Shown here piece by piece: positions 13,675 through 26,794 of a stretch of DNA of 64,000 nt (positions within the stretch are counted from its first letter, which is position 1; each line of letters begins with the position of its first letter). The DNA comes from Marsupella aquatica (lineage: Eukaryota > Plantae > Marchantiophyta). The position numbers were made by a program, and so were the translations under genes. Under the pieces are notes generated by a model. It was not told the DNA's origin. It ran no database searches and saw nothing but the letters and a program-made list of their open reading frames with translations. The stretch is from positions 16,595,752 through 16,659,751 of the forward strand of contig OZ316896.1 in the NCBI GenBank assembly GCA_973895155.1. Direction: 5' to 3'.

Positions 13675-14029
13675 GTGCCTACTCTTCTTTTATAGTTGCA
13701 CATATATAATATATCACCATAATTATGTATAATCTTTTCCTGTTCGAGGCAAAAAAAGGGCAAAAATCTCACTCACTTAAAATTTATGTGTATGCGGAAT
13801 TATCTATTAAGTGCCGTGCGAAGTATATGATAAACTATTCTGGTTGAGCAGGGAGTTTACAAGCAACATACACTTGCTCTCAACAATCTGAACTCTGCCC
13901 CTCCATACATCATCTCAGGTTTGTCCCCACCTGCCCTGCATACATCAAGTTCCTTAGCATATATCAAGACGATCAGCCCATTTCAAGGGCCGAACAAGGG
14001 TGGCTTTAAAGGAATTGAGTCTGGTCCAT

Positions 14030-14485
14030 GCCTTCTTTTTATTATCTAATTATGAACTTGATCTGGACCTATAAGGAGTGTAAAGAGTTCGAGTTTTGCT
14101 TCACAAGAACCCGGGCAACCTGTCTTGTTTCTATTATCTGATATTAAAACTAGACCTTCAATTAGGGGAAATGATTGGAGTCTTTAAGAACCCAGGCAGC
14201 CAGGCAACATGTCTTCTTTTTATTACCTCTGATATTAAATCTGGACCTTGAATGAGTGTAACATGGTTGGAGTTTGCTTCACAAGAACCCTGGCAACGTA
14301 CATGTCTTCTTTTCGTAATCTCTGATATTAAATCTGGACTTATGTGGAGTGTAAATGGTTGGAGTTGGCCTCAGAAGAACCTGGGCAATTAATATCGTCT
14401 TTTTTTATCTCTGATATTAAATCTGGATCTATAATGAGTGTAAATGGTTGGAGGTTGGAGTTTTCTTCAAGATCCCGGACAAGAA
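14030..14485. repeat. Degenerate minisatellite, about 90-bp unit, 5 copies
   Basis: Recurring tcttttt..atctctgatattaaatctggac....gagtgtaaatggttggagtt..cttcacaagaaccc.ggcaa. Confidence 0.85.
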
Positions 14486-15844
14486 CCCCATACCCAAGTA
14501 AATGAGATTCATTAAGGTACGGGAGTTAGCGATTTTACAAATGCCAAGGGTGGACCGAAGTAAATGGGGTCCAATTCAGGTATTAGTGGAGTTTACCAAT
14601 TTTGCATGGCAAACAGTGTGTCAAAGCAAGAGTTTATTTAGACCTTCTTAGTTTAATTTGATCTTCATTCTAATTGTTTTGCATTATGGGTATGGGTATG
14701 TATCTTGAGAACAAGAAATGGCACTCAGTTTATTTTGGTGAAAAACACTAATAGTGCCCCCTAGCTATTTCTTAGAGTAATTGTATCTCAAGTTCATTCT
14801 GTACGTCAATGAGAATATTTTCTTATACAAGTTCAACAAGAAAATTAACACCAAGAATTGACGCTATATTGGCAGTTACTGAAGAATAAATCCCTGCAGG
14901 AATTAAACCGACCTTCAAACAAATAAGCTACATTATAAGACATTCCTGAAGGTGAAGGTTCTATCGATCTCGAGCTTGACTACAAGTTCCTGTTCTTTGC
15001 GAGTAAATTATAACTCTTCGAATTAAAGATGGAAATTCGAAGAGCGTATCTGGGCATGTGTTTGAATTCAGATAAGGCAGGAGCCGAATCAATTTGACTC
15101 ATGTTTAGGCTTCGGATTATCCGATGGCAAAATTGTGAACTCTTCTCCAAAGTACTTGAGTATAACCGAAACATGAAGCTCTCTATACAGTCAGATTCCG
15201 CACATCTGTGTTGCCCGAACTCGTAGACGGAATATTTCGAGATCAAGATTTCATGAGACAATTAAGGGGCCAGTTATCGATCTTGCATCGACAAACAGAA
15301 CGATACTTAAGAGAAAAGAGCCGATCCTTGTTTATGCACAAAAACAGTCATTAACAAACCGTGCAGCGCAGTCCGATTCTTTATTTATGGACAAAAACTG
15401 TCTCTGTGATACAGATAAGGGGAAAACAGCCATTCGAGCTGCAAAATTTGAAAACAAAACTGCCGAATTCATTGCCAGTCTCGAGCTGCAGATCGATGGT
15501 ACTGAGGTTGAGTGGCAACATCCTTATATTCGGACGGAAAACTAGCCATGAACAAAACTGAAACAAAACTATGGAATATTCAGCAACCACAGAATTGAAT
15601 TGAAGGGAGTACTGAACATTCTCATGACTGACTCCTGTATCCAGATGCCAACTACGGTTGAGCATTAGTTTTGTGTCCGAAGCACACATGGCACGACCAT
15701 GAGACGTCAATACAGCATATATGTTGCTCCCAAGGCAAGTAGACACAAGGGCCCAAACTACAGCTCGAGAAAGGTCACAGTGCATGCGCGGAGCTGGTTT
15801 GGGTCTGCCCTAGGCTCTCCTGTGCGATGGATTATCATCCTCGA

Positions 15845-17990
15845 TTAGACCTGGCCTCGTTTGAAGTCCCAAATAGGCTTCATCTCCTCCAACTGTGAGA
15901 AGAACAGACCACTGAGCTTGGTAATGGCTTCTTTAGTGGCGATTCCTTCTTTTCCGCGTGGGGGGAAAATCACGATGTCGTTCTGACGACGATCTCTGAT
16001 CTTCTGCTCCACCTCGACTGCGACGTTGTTGCCAGCTGCCAGGACGTCCACTGGGATGTTCCTGTACACTGCATTCTTTCCTGCCAAGAAGGACAACTTG
16101 GGCCTGCGGGAGATTTAGAACTCATCACCAATCTGACTACACGGCGAGCATTTCCGCGTTCCCGACATTGTACCAATATCACATTCATCGCTTGACACAT
16201 ATATATATATATATATATAACGAGACTAATTCTCGAATTTAAGAGTTCAACGTCACAACTGAGGCGTAAGCTTACTTCTCAGAGTTCACGATCCACGTAA
16301 ACTCGAGGCCATCTCTGCCCGTAGCCTTGATAATGTTGGGGTGGAACTGTGGAATCACCACTAGGGAGCCCTCTCTCACTTCAGTGTCGAGCAATTGTTC
16401 GTCACTCCCAACGATCTGAATGCGGCCGCTCCCCTTGGTGACGTACACGAGCCCATCCATATTGGATGCGTATGACGGAGCCAACATTGCGTCCTGTTCC
16501 AACGTTTAAAAAATTCGAGTCTTAGATCCCTGGACACTGGAAAGCGGACTGTCTACATTAATTATTAATACACGCCCTTACAAAGACTTAAAAGGTAGGC
16601 ATATTGCTCGCATCTTGGGAGTCATACATGAGCGAAAGTGAAAGTTCATACCCGCTCCAACCTGACGCGAATGGCTGAGAGTTTGATCTCGCTCAAGATA
16701 GGAAAGTTCTTTTCGTCTATCGATCTGAGAGTTCCACCGTTTCTGACGTCGACGTCTGGTTCCGCCTCATTAAGATTGTAGGTAAAATTCGTCCAGGATT
16801 CATCAGATTCACTGTTATCTATACCTTTTAAAATGTCAATGTCGTCCCTCACTCTGACGATCATTGTGCCCTTCTGGCTCTCTCTGACCTGTCTCACCAC
16901 GTCTCTATCGACGTCCCATGCCTGACTTAGAAGCTCTTCGTCAAATCCGTGGAGGACAGAACCCCTCTCCTTCCCAGCCCCTCCATGAAGATAGAATTCC
17001 TGGCAGTATATATATACAACGCAAAATCCTTCCAACATGAGACTCGGTAAAAGCAGTTCTGTTAAAGTACAACACTTACGGCGCACAGACAACTGACACC
17101 TAAAATACTTAGAAAATCAAATTATAAATGTACAACGGGTCGATGAGGACTCCGTGGTCTTTACATATACCTCGAATTCGCTCGGTTGGCTTGCGTGAAG
17201 TGTATCAGCAACCCTGAACACCACAACGCGCTTGTCACCGTCATTATAGCACCAGTGGCCTATGCCGCGAGGAACAGCAAAGACGTCGCCCTGCTTCACG
17301 GTTCGAACATGTACAGACTCCTCCCAAGGGTATGAGACTCCCATCTTTGCCTGTCCTGCTCCCAGTACGTCGCAATTCAAAGGCATACCAGTGACCGTCA
17401 GTATATGGAGATTCCGTAACAGTTGAGCACGTACCGATCGAAATGAATGAGACTCGATTGCACTCCTGCAGCAAATTGCTGTCTGGCCAACAGCTAGAAT
17501 AGACTAGCCGCATTGAACTTGATCGAATTCAATCCAACTGGATGCAAATTTTCAAACCATGGGAACAGATGCAACTGAAGTGACTAGAACGGTAACATTG
17601 TACATGAATTCATCTCGACTCAGGACCTGTATGCCTCCAGAAACAACGTCTTACGGTCAGAAACAGTAACTATCATGATTCAACTTAAAAGATATGCGTG
17701 AGGTGGCATGGATAACCTTCGAGGACGTAAGCTAGCTGAGCAGCCTCGGAGTACTTGAAAAGCACAAGGCCACGAGGTTCCAGGGTAATGCGATCGACGG
17801 CAACCCGGGCTTCCTGAAGCGCACGGGAATCAGGGCTCCACACCTCCAACCTTCCACCTTCGGAACGGAAAATTTCCTCAGGGCCAGATAGCTCGAGACC
17901 TTCTCTTTCACCGCGCCCTAATGCACCATAGCAAGAAACAGACGTAGTCAGCATGAAGGTAAACAACACCACCGTCCGGTGGAGCCCCAT
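15845..17990 (-). CDS. 11S globulin/legumin-like bicupin storage protein with signal peptide; exons 17990-17717, 17355-17171, 16999-16652, 16493-16276, 16103-15845
   Basis: Hydrophobic N-terminus (VVLFTFMLTTSVSCYG); cupin 1 motifs LEPRGLVLFKYSEAAQLAYVLEG and VKQGDVFAVPRGIGHWCYN; cupin 2 motifs AMLAPSY, VYVTKGSGRIQIV, VREGSLVVIPQF, SFLAGKNAVYRNIPVDVLA; phase-consistent GT-AG introns. Confidence 0.9.
16199..16219. repeat. (TA)n microsatellite in cupin intron 4
   Basis: About 10 AT dinucleotides. Confidence 0.9.
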
Positions 17991-18037
17991 GACTGAGAAT
18001 TGATCTGAGACTCGATGTATCGACTCCTGTGACTGCC

Positions 18038-18183
18038 TTAATATAAGAGACCACGATTTCAGTAGGGAGAGAGATGCACATAAAATTTGTTATCCAGAGA
18101 GGATTACTACAGCCGTTATATAAGTTTTGATGCAAGAGAAAGAGATGATCGACGCGGCGCATGGATGCAGCATATCATGCATG
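18038..18183 (-). promoter_or_regulatory. Cupin promoter: TATA-like box and RY/Sph element
   Basis: TATATTAA on the minus strand at 18038-18045, about 50 bp above the ATG; perfect RY element CATGCATG at 18176-18183. Confidence 0.6.
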
Positions 18184-20868
18184 CGACCTGGACAAAGACA
18201 TGATCGACGCAGCGCGCCTACCGGTATGCGCCCATCAAACTATGATCCAAGAAGATTGGATCAATCTGACATGCCCAGGACTTCAACGGCTCTTGTCATG
18301 GTCCATCTCATGCGTACAGCATGAACATACAACGAAAGTTATTCTGATTGCAAACATTTGTACCGACAGATATGATCAATTCTTGCGTCCTGATCATTCT
18401 TCGGGCAAAATATATCCGTGTCCACAGACAGGTATCTGTTGCAATAAATGTTCAAGTAACATATATATTGTAGCAGGCTTGGCTTGAATTCTCATACAAC
18501 GATATTTCGATCTGTCCACCTCTAATAATGGGAGCAGCTCGCGGTTGTTCTGGGATGAATTCTGTAACCTTCAAGGTTCTAGAATGTAGTAATCGTCATT
18601 GTTGGCTTGTCGAGAAGTTAACTCAAGATATAGTAGTTGACCATCGCAATCAATTATTTCCTGTGCACGCCTCAAGTAATTAGAAATTCCAGCGGCTTCG
18701 AACTGTGGATTTCTCTTATAATTAGAGCCTGTGAACGCCTTCCAGTTTACTTGCATTGCTGCCAAAATCAATTGTTTGAGTGGTTGAATTAATGATGGCT
18801 ACATATGTCTCTTAGCTCGTCAATGCTTCCACTGGCAAAATATCTGCACAGCCGATTTAACGTTCCATTTTGAAAATTTCGATATCAGGACAATGTCCAA
18901 GTCTTACAATGGTTACTCTTTGATTAAACGATAAATCAGCCATGCTTCAACTGAACAAAGAAAAATAAATCCAGAACTCAGCTCCATAAATCTCTTGACA
19001 CAGAAATTACTTCGAGCTCAGTTCAACAATCTCAGGTACGTGGACGTGAAAAATAATTTGCGCTCGATCGACTCAATCCGGTAAGCATCACTGTAATTCC
19101 TACATGAAGGACCGGACGTCAGAAGCGATTTTGTCAGATTTTGGCAGAGGGCCCGACGGCAAGTACTGTCTGGTGCGCACAGGCCATCGATGGAGACGAC
19201 TGATCTATCCGGTGGGCTGTTTGCTGCAGGAGTTCTCTGGTTCCCTGGATGTGGATCGATCATGCTGAGACAGCATTGTCCGTTTATCGTTAGAATTGGC
19301 AGGAATTGCGACATCCAAGCGTGCCCTCGTGCGATTGCACGCACCGTGGTGAAGCGTGAAACGCGGATCCATCAAAGTACAGAAAACTCATGCAGCAGAG
19401 TGAGTATGATGGTTTCCAGAGCCGCGTGGCCGCCATGCCAATTGAGGTTTGATCGATCGTCATCCTCAAAATTCCTCAAATCCAAACTCGAACTGTCTGT
19501 AAATCCCAGACAGTACGCGGCACACGGTGAATTGAGACACTCGTGGATTCTGGTGGATTTTCTTGTTCGTACCTGTTCCCTTCCCTTTCGTACCTTTCGT
19601 CGTTGGATTTTGTCAGAGGTTGGTTTTGACATCGTAAACCAGGCATTCTTGGAATTTCTCTCTCATGTCTTACGCCATTTCTCGTTGTATTTGCGATGGA
19701 TGTCTATGAAGCCCTGATGGACTCCCAAAGCTTAGATGTACACTTTCATAACATTTAACTTGAAATGTGACTGGTAATATTCTCTTTATGGTTTGCAGTC
19801 TCTTCTAATTACATTATTTATGAAACTGGTTTCCTCACTAACTTAACTACCTTGAACTTCTAAAACCTCATGCTATTACTGAGGATCACTCTGACCTCTT
19901 GACTACTTTCTCCCCAAGGTAATCAAATGTATTGTAATCTTGTATTGTAATCTGTGACCAGCTCCCTTTTTTCTCCCAGTGTAAGAGCCACTATTGCTTC
20001 ACGCAGTCCATGGGGATGGGCAGGGACAATGTCTCGCCCATCCTGGCCTTTGTTTCTGTATTTGGCATGAACAAGCCACTTTTTAATAATTGCTCCTTGT
20101 ATTTTGGCTAAACATTTATTTTGCAATGGTAAACAATTCTTCCCTGGAATTTCTCTTCCAATTTATTTTTGCCTTTCTATTTTGGCTTAAACCTTCACTA
20201 GCCAAGACAAAAATGTGGTTACACAGATTTCACCATTTTTAGTACTTTTTCTCAAAATTGTGAAACAAAGTCTCACACAGAGAAAGAAAAGTGTAAAAGT
20301 GAGAAATTTTGGATACTCCTTTTATATGGCCAGCGGTGGTTTAAACCACCACTATCCATATAAAAGGAGAAGTGTCCAAGACTCTTCATTTTTTCACATT
20401 TCTCTCCTCTAGCATGAGACTTTGCTCCATAATCTCAGGAACAGGGTACTAAAAATGGTGAAACCAGGTTTTGTCACGGGCAGTGGCGCTTTAAGGTTGA
20501 TTTTGATATGGTAAACAAACCATCTCTGGATTTCTCCTCGCCATGAAATATGATATTAAATATGGCCTGTGATTGTAGACTTCAATAGCAAGTTATCCTA
20601 TATATTTATCATTTTCTCATTATATTTTGGCTAAAGGTTGACTTTGACATCTAAATCAGCCACCCCTGGATTTTCTCTTTCATTGTATTTGCCATTTGTT
20701 TGTTGTATATATTTTGGCCAAGGTAGATTTGGACATCATAAAGCTAGAAGCCATCCCTGGATTTACTCTAAGTTCATTGTACTAGTCCAAACAGCTATCG
20801 GCTCAGGTCCCACCAACAGGTGGGGTTTCATGAATTCCAGGCTTTTCACTCTCTTTTAACTCAAGAGG

Positions 20869-22130
20869 TTGGCACTATTGACGGTCAATTATTCCAGAGT
20901 ACCGGTTCGAAGTGGGAATTGGGCTGGGACAAACCGGGGATGGAAGTTCCTCAACCGAGTGTGGGTGAAGTGCTCCTTCCCTGCTCTGTATGACACCACC
21001 AAACTGAACCGCTGCTGGGCCAGGTGGGGACGAGGGTGGGGATGGTGGAGTCCTGACAACAACACTGAAAACAACTGTGTGGAGGATGGACCTTGCCTAG
21101 AGTCCGCTTCTTCATTTGGCAGTTACTACAGCAAGGTTTTTTCACCAATGGTAGAGCCTGTAAGTGGGAGGTGAGCGATGGCCTGTGTGTCTGAGCAATG
21201 CCACCTCCACTTTGAACATCTGTTTTTCAGTTGTCGTAGAGTCCAGGCCTAGTGGCAAGACATGGTTTGTTGTATGATTCTATTCAGGGGGCTATCTGAG
21301 TTCAGAAAAGGCTGGAAGCCTGCCCCTTTGATTCCTCTCTTGGAATTGTGCCTTAACATTTGGAATGAGAGTAATTCTGCTAGTTATGCCCAATTTCTAG
21401 GGCGCATCCCCAAGTGGGTCATTCCGCAGCAGACTGAGACTCACCTTAATTCCATGAGAGACAATATTTTGCAAGTCAGTGAAGAAGGCATGTCAACTTC
21501 AGATGGTTATCATTCAATGAGATCCATGTGTTTCTCAAGCCTTGGGCAACCAATGAGATCCTTCAGGCTCTTAACCTTGACCTTACTGCGAGCATTACTG
21601 ATGATGACTCATAGCTCATTGATGGCTCGTGCTAGAGCTCATTCTTGTTTCCTTGCCCTTTGTGGTGCTCACTTTGGGCTGGCTGTTTTAGGTAGTGGCA
21701 GGGATAGGAGTAGGAACTTGGATTGGACTCCTCATTGGACCCACATTACTGTTGGCACTTGGGTCTGGCCTTGGCAGAGGCAGACTGACCTTGGCGGAGG
21801 CAGACTGACCTTAGGAGTGACTTATCCTCGGCCGATATATAGTGAGATCAGATGGCATAGAGGTGGCCCCGACCCTTGGAGAAGCGGGTGGAGAAGTAGG
21901 CACCATAGTTCCCATGACTTGGACTTCATCCACTGGTTGCTGACTGATGCCACCCTCCGTTGGCTTTTCTTGCTTCCATGGCCTGATCAGGATTTCCGTG
22001 TGCTGTTCTAGCTTGGGGGGTGATCCGTGGGTTTCTTTGGGTCTTTCCCGTTTGCTTGGGTGGTTTTTGCCCCCTTGCTTGTTGTTTGGGCTTGCCCTTT
22101 TGTGTTCCAATTAAAAACAAAACCCAAAAA
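20869..22130 (+). mobile_element. Decayed non-LTR retrotransposon (LINE) 3' end with zf-RVT domain
   Basis: LPRVRFFIWQLLQQGFFTNGRACKW (from 21093) followed by EHLFFSCRRVQA*W fits the zf-RVT consensus, with stops and frameshifts; T-rich 3' region then A-rich tail aattaaaaacaaaacccaaaaa at ~22109-22130. Confidence 0.8.
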
Positions 22131-22287
22131 GTCCGAAGAGCTGTGCTTATGCACAGGAATTACAGCGCTCAATACCCAGACTTCCCATGCTTGTCCTGCT
22201 CACACACATAGTCTCAATATTAATAATTATTGCCTATGGAAATTCAATGATGTAAGTTATTAGAAAATTTTAACACTCCTAACATAG

Positions 22288-22767
22288 TAAATCCAACTTT
22301 GATGTTTTGTCTTAAATTGAGATTTTGTGTCCAGATCTAATTCTGAATTTAATGTGCCTTAACAAGGTGAATCATTTGTATTAATTAAATTTTGAATTAA
22401 CTTTTGGACCCCTTTTAATTTAGTGAGCTTAGAGTATTTTGGATTTATTTTGGATCCCCTTGTGATTTCTTTTACAAAATTTATGGTTTTAATTGAGTTT
22501 ACAGTCATTACCTAGAAGTAAGTGAAAATTTGTACCTAATGATTGTGCGCAACTCTTAACCTTTGTATTTTCATGGTGATTATGTGCTTTCCTTTGCATG
22601 TGTACTTATGGTTTTGTGTATTATCTCACTCACTCTTAATCAACTTACATATATTATTTTCTTTGCATGTACTTTACACTACTCTTTTTTTATCATAAAA
22701 TAAATTAGATGAATACAGATCACTACAAGACAAGCAAAGAGGCATTTTCCAGGATGAACATGCTACA
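22288..22767 (+). repeat. Dispersed AT-rich repeat, copy 1 (probable non-autonomous TE)
   Basis: Aligns by eye with 40520-41165, from aatccaacttt through tgtgccttaacaag.tgaatcatttgtattaatt to ccaggatgaacatgcta. Confidence 0.85.
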
Positions 22768-24849
22768 TGGAAAGTAGTGCCTACGGTTTCCAATGTATTG
22801 GAATACTACTATTCCAATGTCAATCTCACAATGTTTGAAGAAAATGGTTTCATAATTATCCTCTCTTACCAAAATCTATATTGGGCTTGGCTTTTATAAT
22901 TTCTGATCTTGCTGTTCATTCTTCAGATAGTCTATCAGGACTTCATTCACTAGTCCACCTGCCATTTACTTGAAGGGAGTTGTTGGCACCAATGCGCTCC
23001 CATATGACTATTCCAGAATGTGAGATCTCCTTGGCCAACCAGAGTTCACTTTCTCATTTCTCCAAGCTGGGGGTGTGGGATGAGGGAGGAAAGTGTCAGC
23101 ATATTTTTTAGGTGCAAAGTTTTGCCAAATTCCACCTCCCCAAGAAGTGTTGGCCACTTTTGGCAAAAATTCGCTAGATTCTTTGTATGTCATTCGCCAC
23201 TTTCCCACCAAATCATGGACCCCATTTGCCAGAATCTAACGGTAGTCCGTAAATCTAGGGATATCTGATGGTCAGTATATAATCCTGGAAAAACTAATAA
23301 GGAATATTCCAAGCATCCACTCCTTAGCGGCTGACATTCACCTGAGCATTCACCACACTCGCTAAAACCAAAAAACCTTTAAAAATGAGCTGGTACTTGT
23401 GTGAAGTTGGCTATGTTGCATGCACTGCAGATTGACTGTTGAGTACGCCATCATGAATTTAGAAAGGGCAACAGCTGCAATTCCATCAGCTAGCTAGGGA
23501 CACATTACAATTTGAATCATGCTTGTATCATATTGCACCGGGAGTTGCACTCTGATTGAACTGTTGCTAAATTGCTACAGACTTAGTGCATATACAAAAT
23601 GATCCATCCATTGCATCTAGATAGACTTTTGTACGTAGTCCAGACATATATGCATTGTGCTGTTAGTATCTGACATGTCTCTCACTGAACAAGTAAGACT
23701 AGTTATGTGGACCCTGCCTTGCCTCTTACTTGTCATTGAATCAAGAGAGTACAGATCGCTGAGTTTTGAACAATTTTCATCTTCCAATGTTGTCCAAACT
23801 GGTTATTTGAGGAATTGCCAGTACCATGTGGGTATTGTGAGGACATGCTCAACTGGTCTTCAAAGTGTTATCTCATTGACGTGGATTTACCTACCCTCCA
23901 TGAGAGACTAGATCCATGGTGTATGTATGCTTTAATTACCCCGTGCTTTACAAACATGCAGAAGTGAGCCATCCAGGTCCACATCAGGGTCCACATCCAA
24001 CACTTTTAATTACCAGATTGAAATGGTTTAGGAACCCTCAATTAATCGTCCCAATAAATGATGGCTACAAATTGAAACAACGGAACATGGAAGTATGGAT
24101 TGTGCAATTTTGAAGGGGCAAAGGGTAAGTTAACTTATTTGAATTCCATTTGCAAACTCCTCACTACATTTGATGTGTACTGCTAATAAGTTTACTTTCT
24201 TTCAAAGCCTTGTGTAGTTCAACAGTAAACAGCTGGTACTAGATTTTACCTCTGAAATGGACATTTCTTGTCCTTTGGGGCTCTTCTCACTCAAGGTATT
24301 TTATGGGGTATTTTGTGTTTGTGGGCACTTCTTTACTGAAATGCGTGTACAATCTGAAACATTGTTTTGAGTTTTAGCAAATTAGCAGAACAAGAAGTAA
24401 AAAACATAGAGAATGAAAAATAAGGAAATTAATGCATTAACTCTTTAATATTATTATTTATTTTGAATGGAGCACTTTACTATAATCAAAAAGTAAAACG
24501 GCCAGACCCAAAAAAAGTCGCAGGCCAACCCTCAGAGGAAGACTAAACACATTCAGTCACGTGGACAAGGGCCAACAATGAATAAATGAGTGGAAAACGA
24601 CCAGACCATCGCCCACATAGAAACAAAAGAGAACACTGCAGAAATGAGGGCTAATCCAGTCGAAAGCGCAGGAGAAAAAATATGAAGACCTGACCAATCA
24701 TACCTCAGCAAAAATCCCAACAAAAGGATCTTCTGTCCGCAGAACAAAGAACCTAAACAAAGTAAGGTGAGTAAAAAGAATGTGAGAAGAAGCAACACTT
24801 GGGAAGCTTTTTCAAACACTCCCGAAGCAGGGTTACAGAGTAGAACCCC

Positions 24850-25790
24850 TGCCCATACATTACATAGGTTTTCATGTGTAGTTTTTGTGTGGAAAAAGGT
24901 TCTCTGGTCATTAGTTTTTGGGCACGAGATCATCAGGATTGCAGCATGGAGTGAAATGGCTACCCTTGCGTGACCTTGTTCCGCACAAGATTTAAGGCTC
25001 ATAGAAATGAATTTGCGCATACATCACACAAGTTTTCATGTGTAATTCTTGTGTGGAAAAAGGTTATTGGGTTATAATTTAGCGGCACAACTAAAGATTA
25101 TTACAATAGCAGAATGGAGTAGAAATGGTGACCCTTGGGTGCCTTTGTTCCACACAAGAGTTAACTCTCATAACCATAAATCTGCCCATACATCACACCA
25201 GTTTCAAGTTACTTTTTTGTGCAGAAAAAGGTTATTCCAATCATGATTTCTGTATTGAATGCAGGTTACTGGCGTGTAACCATTTTCAGTGGTGCATGGT
25301 ATTCCCACAATCTCTCGCTTGGAAGTAACATTTTGTTCGATGATAATTACGTATTAGTATGGAGGTCTGGGCAGGGGTTCTAGCCTTAACCCTGCTCTAA
25401 GAAAAGCTAAGAAAAGCTTTCTGGCTGCCGCCAGTCAAGTTTTCCTCAATTTCTGGGTTTTTCCTCAATTTCTGGTGGTCACAAAAAATGTTGTAACCCC
25501 CAACCAGATGGCCATTATTCTATACATAGCGGTAGGTAGATAAGATCATCAAATAGCAGAATGGAGTAGAATGGAGTAGAAATGGTTTCCATTAGACCAT
25601 CAAAATATTAGAATGGAGGAGAAATGGTTTCAGTTGGCTAACCTTTCTTCCCGCACAAGAGGCTCATGACCATGAATCCGCCCATACATCACATCGGGGT
25701 TTTTTGGGTGGAAAAAGGTTATCCAATCATAAAGTTTGGGGGACAAGAATTTCACAATAAGTTTACTCTGTTCCTCACAAGAGTTGAGGC
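24850..25790. repeat. Degenerate satellite, about 168-bp unit, interrupted array
   Basis: catacat.aca...gttt...tgtggaaaaaggtt...gaatggagtagaaatgg...cacaagag recurs near 24852, 25018, 25186 and 25681. Confidence 0.75.
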
Positions 25791-25839
25791 GTATAAAACC
25801 AAGATACCGAGCTTTCTATAAACCCTGCAAGACTTTGCT

Positions 25840-25926
25840 GCTCACTCACTGTTGCTGCGTCCTCACTCACTGTTGCTGCGCGTCCTCACTCACTGTTGCT
25901 GCGTCCTCACTCACTATTGCTGCGTT
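25840..25926 (+). repeat. 21-bp tandem repeat x4 (ctcactcactgttgctgcgtc) just downstream of a TATA-like CTATAAA (~25815)
   Basis: Four near-identical adjacent copies. Confidence 0.9.
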
Positions 25927-26164
25927 TTAAGTCCGAGGTCGAACCTCTCGGCTATTGCGTAGGTGCTGAAGGAAGGGAGGGAGGGACGGAGAGGAAGGAG
26001 GAGGAGCAATTGCAGCAGAATTGCATCGGCTATGACGTCGTGGAGCGTTACTGCTTAGGAACATTCGGGTATTTTATCTCGTGCAGCTCCTCGGTCACCG
26101 ACGAGATAAGCGCGCTGCTGAAGTGAGGAGGAGGAGGAATTGCAGAATTGCATTGCGGAGCTGG

Positions 26165-26452
26165 CTTTCGACCAATTCCCTCCCCTATCGATTGCCACGG
26201 ATTGCAGACGAGGTGATCTGTCGAGATTTTTGGGCTTCGGACCTCGCCTTCTTGGGTACTTTTGCTTCCCGGTTTGGCGTTCCTTTAGGTGCTAAAGATC
26301 AAATACAACTTTCGACCAATTCCCTCCCCTATCGATTGCCACGGATTGCAGACGAGGTGATCTGTCGAGATTTTTGGGCTTCGGACCTCGCCTTCTTGGG
26401 TACTTTTGCTTCCCGGTTTGGCGTTCCTTTAGGTGCTAAAGATCAAATACAA
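26165..26452 (+). repeat. Perfect 144-bp tandem duplication ending at the ATG of a small ORF
   Basis: Copies at 26165-26308 and 26309-26452 appear identical. Confidence 0.95.
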
Positions 26453-26661
26453 TGGCGCCAGGAGGTGCTCCTCCACCTAGTTTTAGATGGGATAAAATAA
26501 TCGGTCCCACTATTGTTGGAATAGGTTTAGGCTTTGGATTGCATGAAGTCGGGAAAAGTATTTACTACTTAGCTGATAAGTACAGTAAGATTAAAATAGA
26601 AACTGTTGAGATCAGTGCTGTCGGGATCCCAATAGATCAAAAGAAGGGGAAAATAAAATAA
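26452..26661 (+). CDS. Putative 69-aa single-pass membrane microprotein, unknown family
   Basis: Good start context acaATGGCG; hydrophobic Gly-rich segment IIGPTIVGIGLGFGL; basic C-terminus KKGKIK; upstream TATA and intron-like leader. Confidence 0.45.
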   Translation: MAPGGAPPPSFRWDKIIGPTIVGIGLGFGLHEVGKSIYYLADKYSKIKIETVEISAVGIPIDQKKGKIK

Positions 26662-26794
26662 AATTGATTTCGATTCTTGTGTATGACAGCTCTTCCTTTC
26701 TTATGGGCCTGCAATATTGACGGAGCCATATTCTAGTCTCAGTTCCACGAAACCAAGCGTCTTTTGAACCAAACAGCCAGAAAATCTTGCTGGT

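Noticed and set aside
11430-14485. 85-90-bp arrays as CRISPR-like repeats
   Set aside because: Whole units are homologous and degenerate, with no unique spacers and no cas genes; the context is eukaryotic.
19190-19717. 175-aa ORF
   Set aside because: No recognisable motif or splice context.
21262-22011. 249-aa ORF as a host gene
   Set aside because: It continues the zf-RVT LINE remnant.
25840-25926. 21-bp repeats as a CRISPR or iteron array
   Set aside because: Directly adjacent copies with no spacers.
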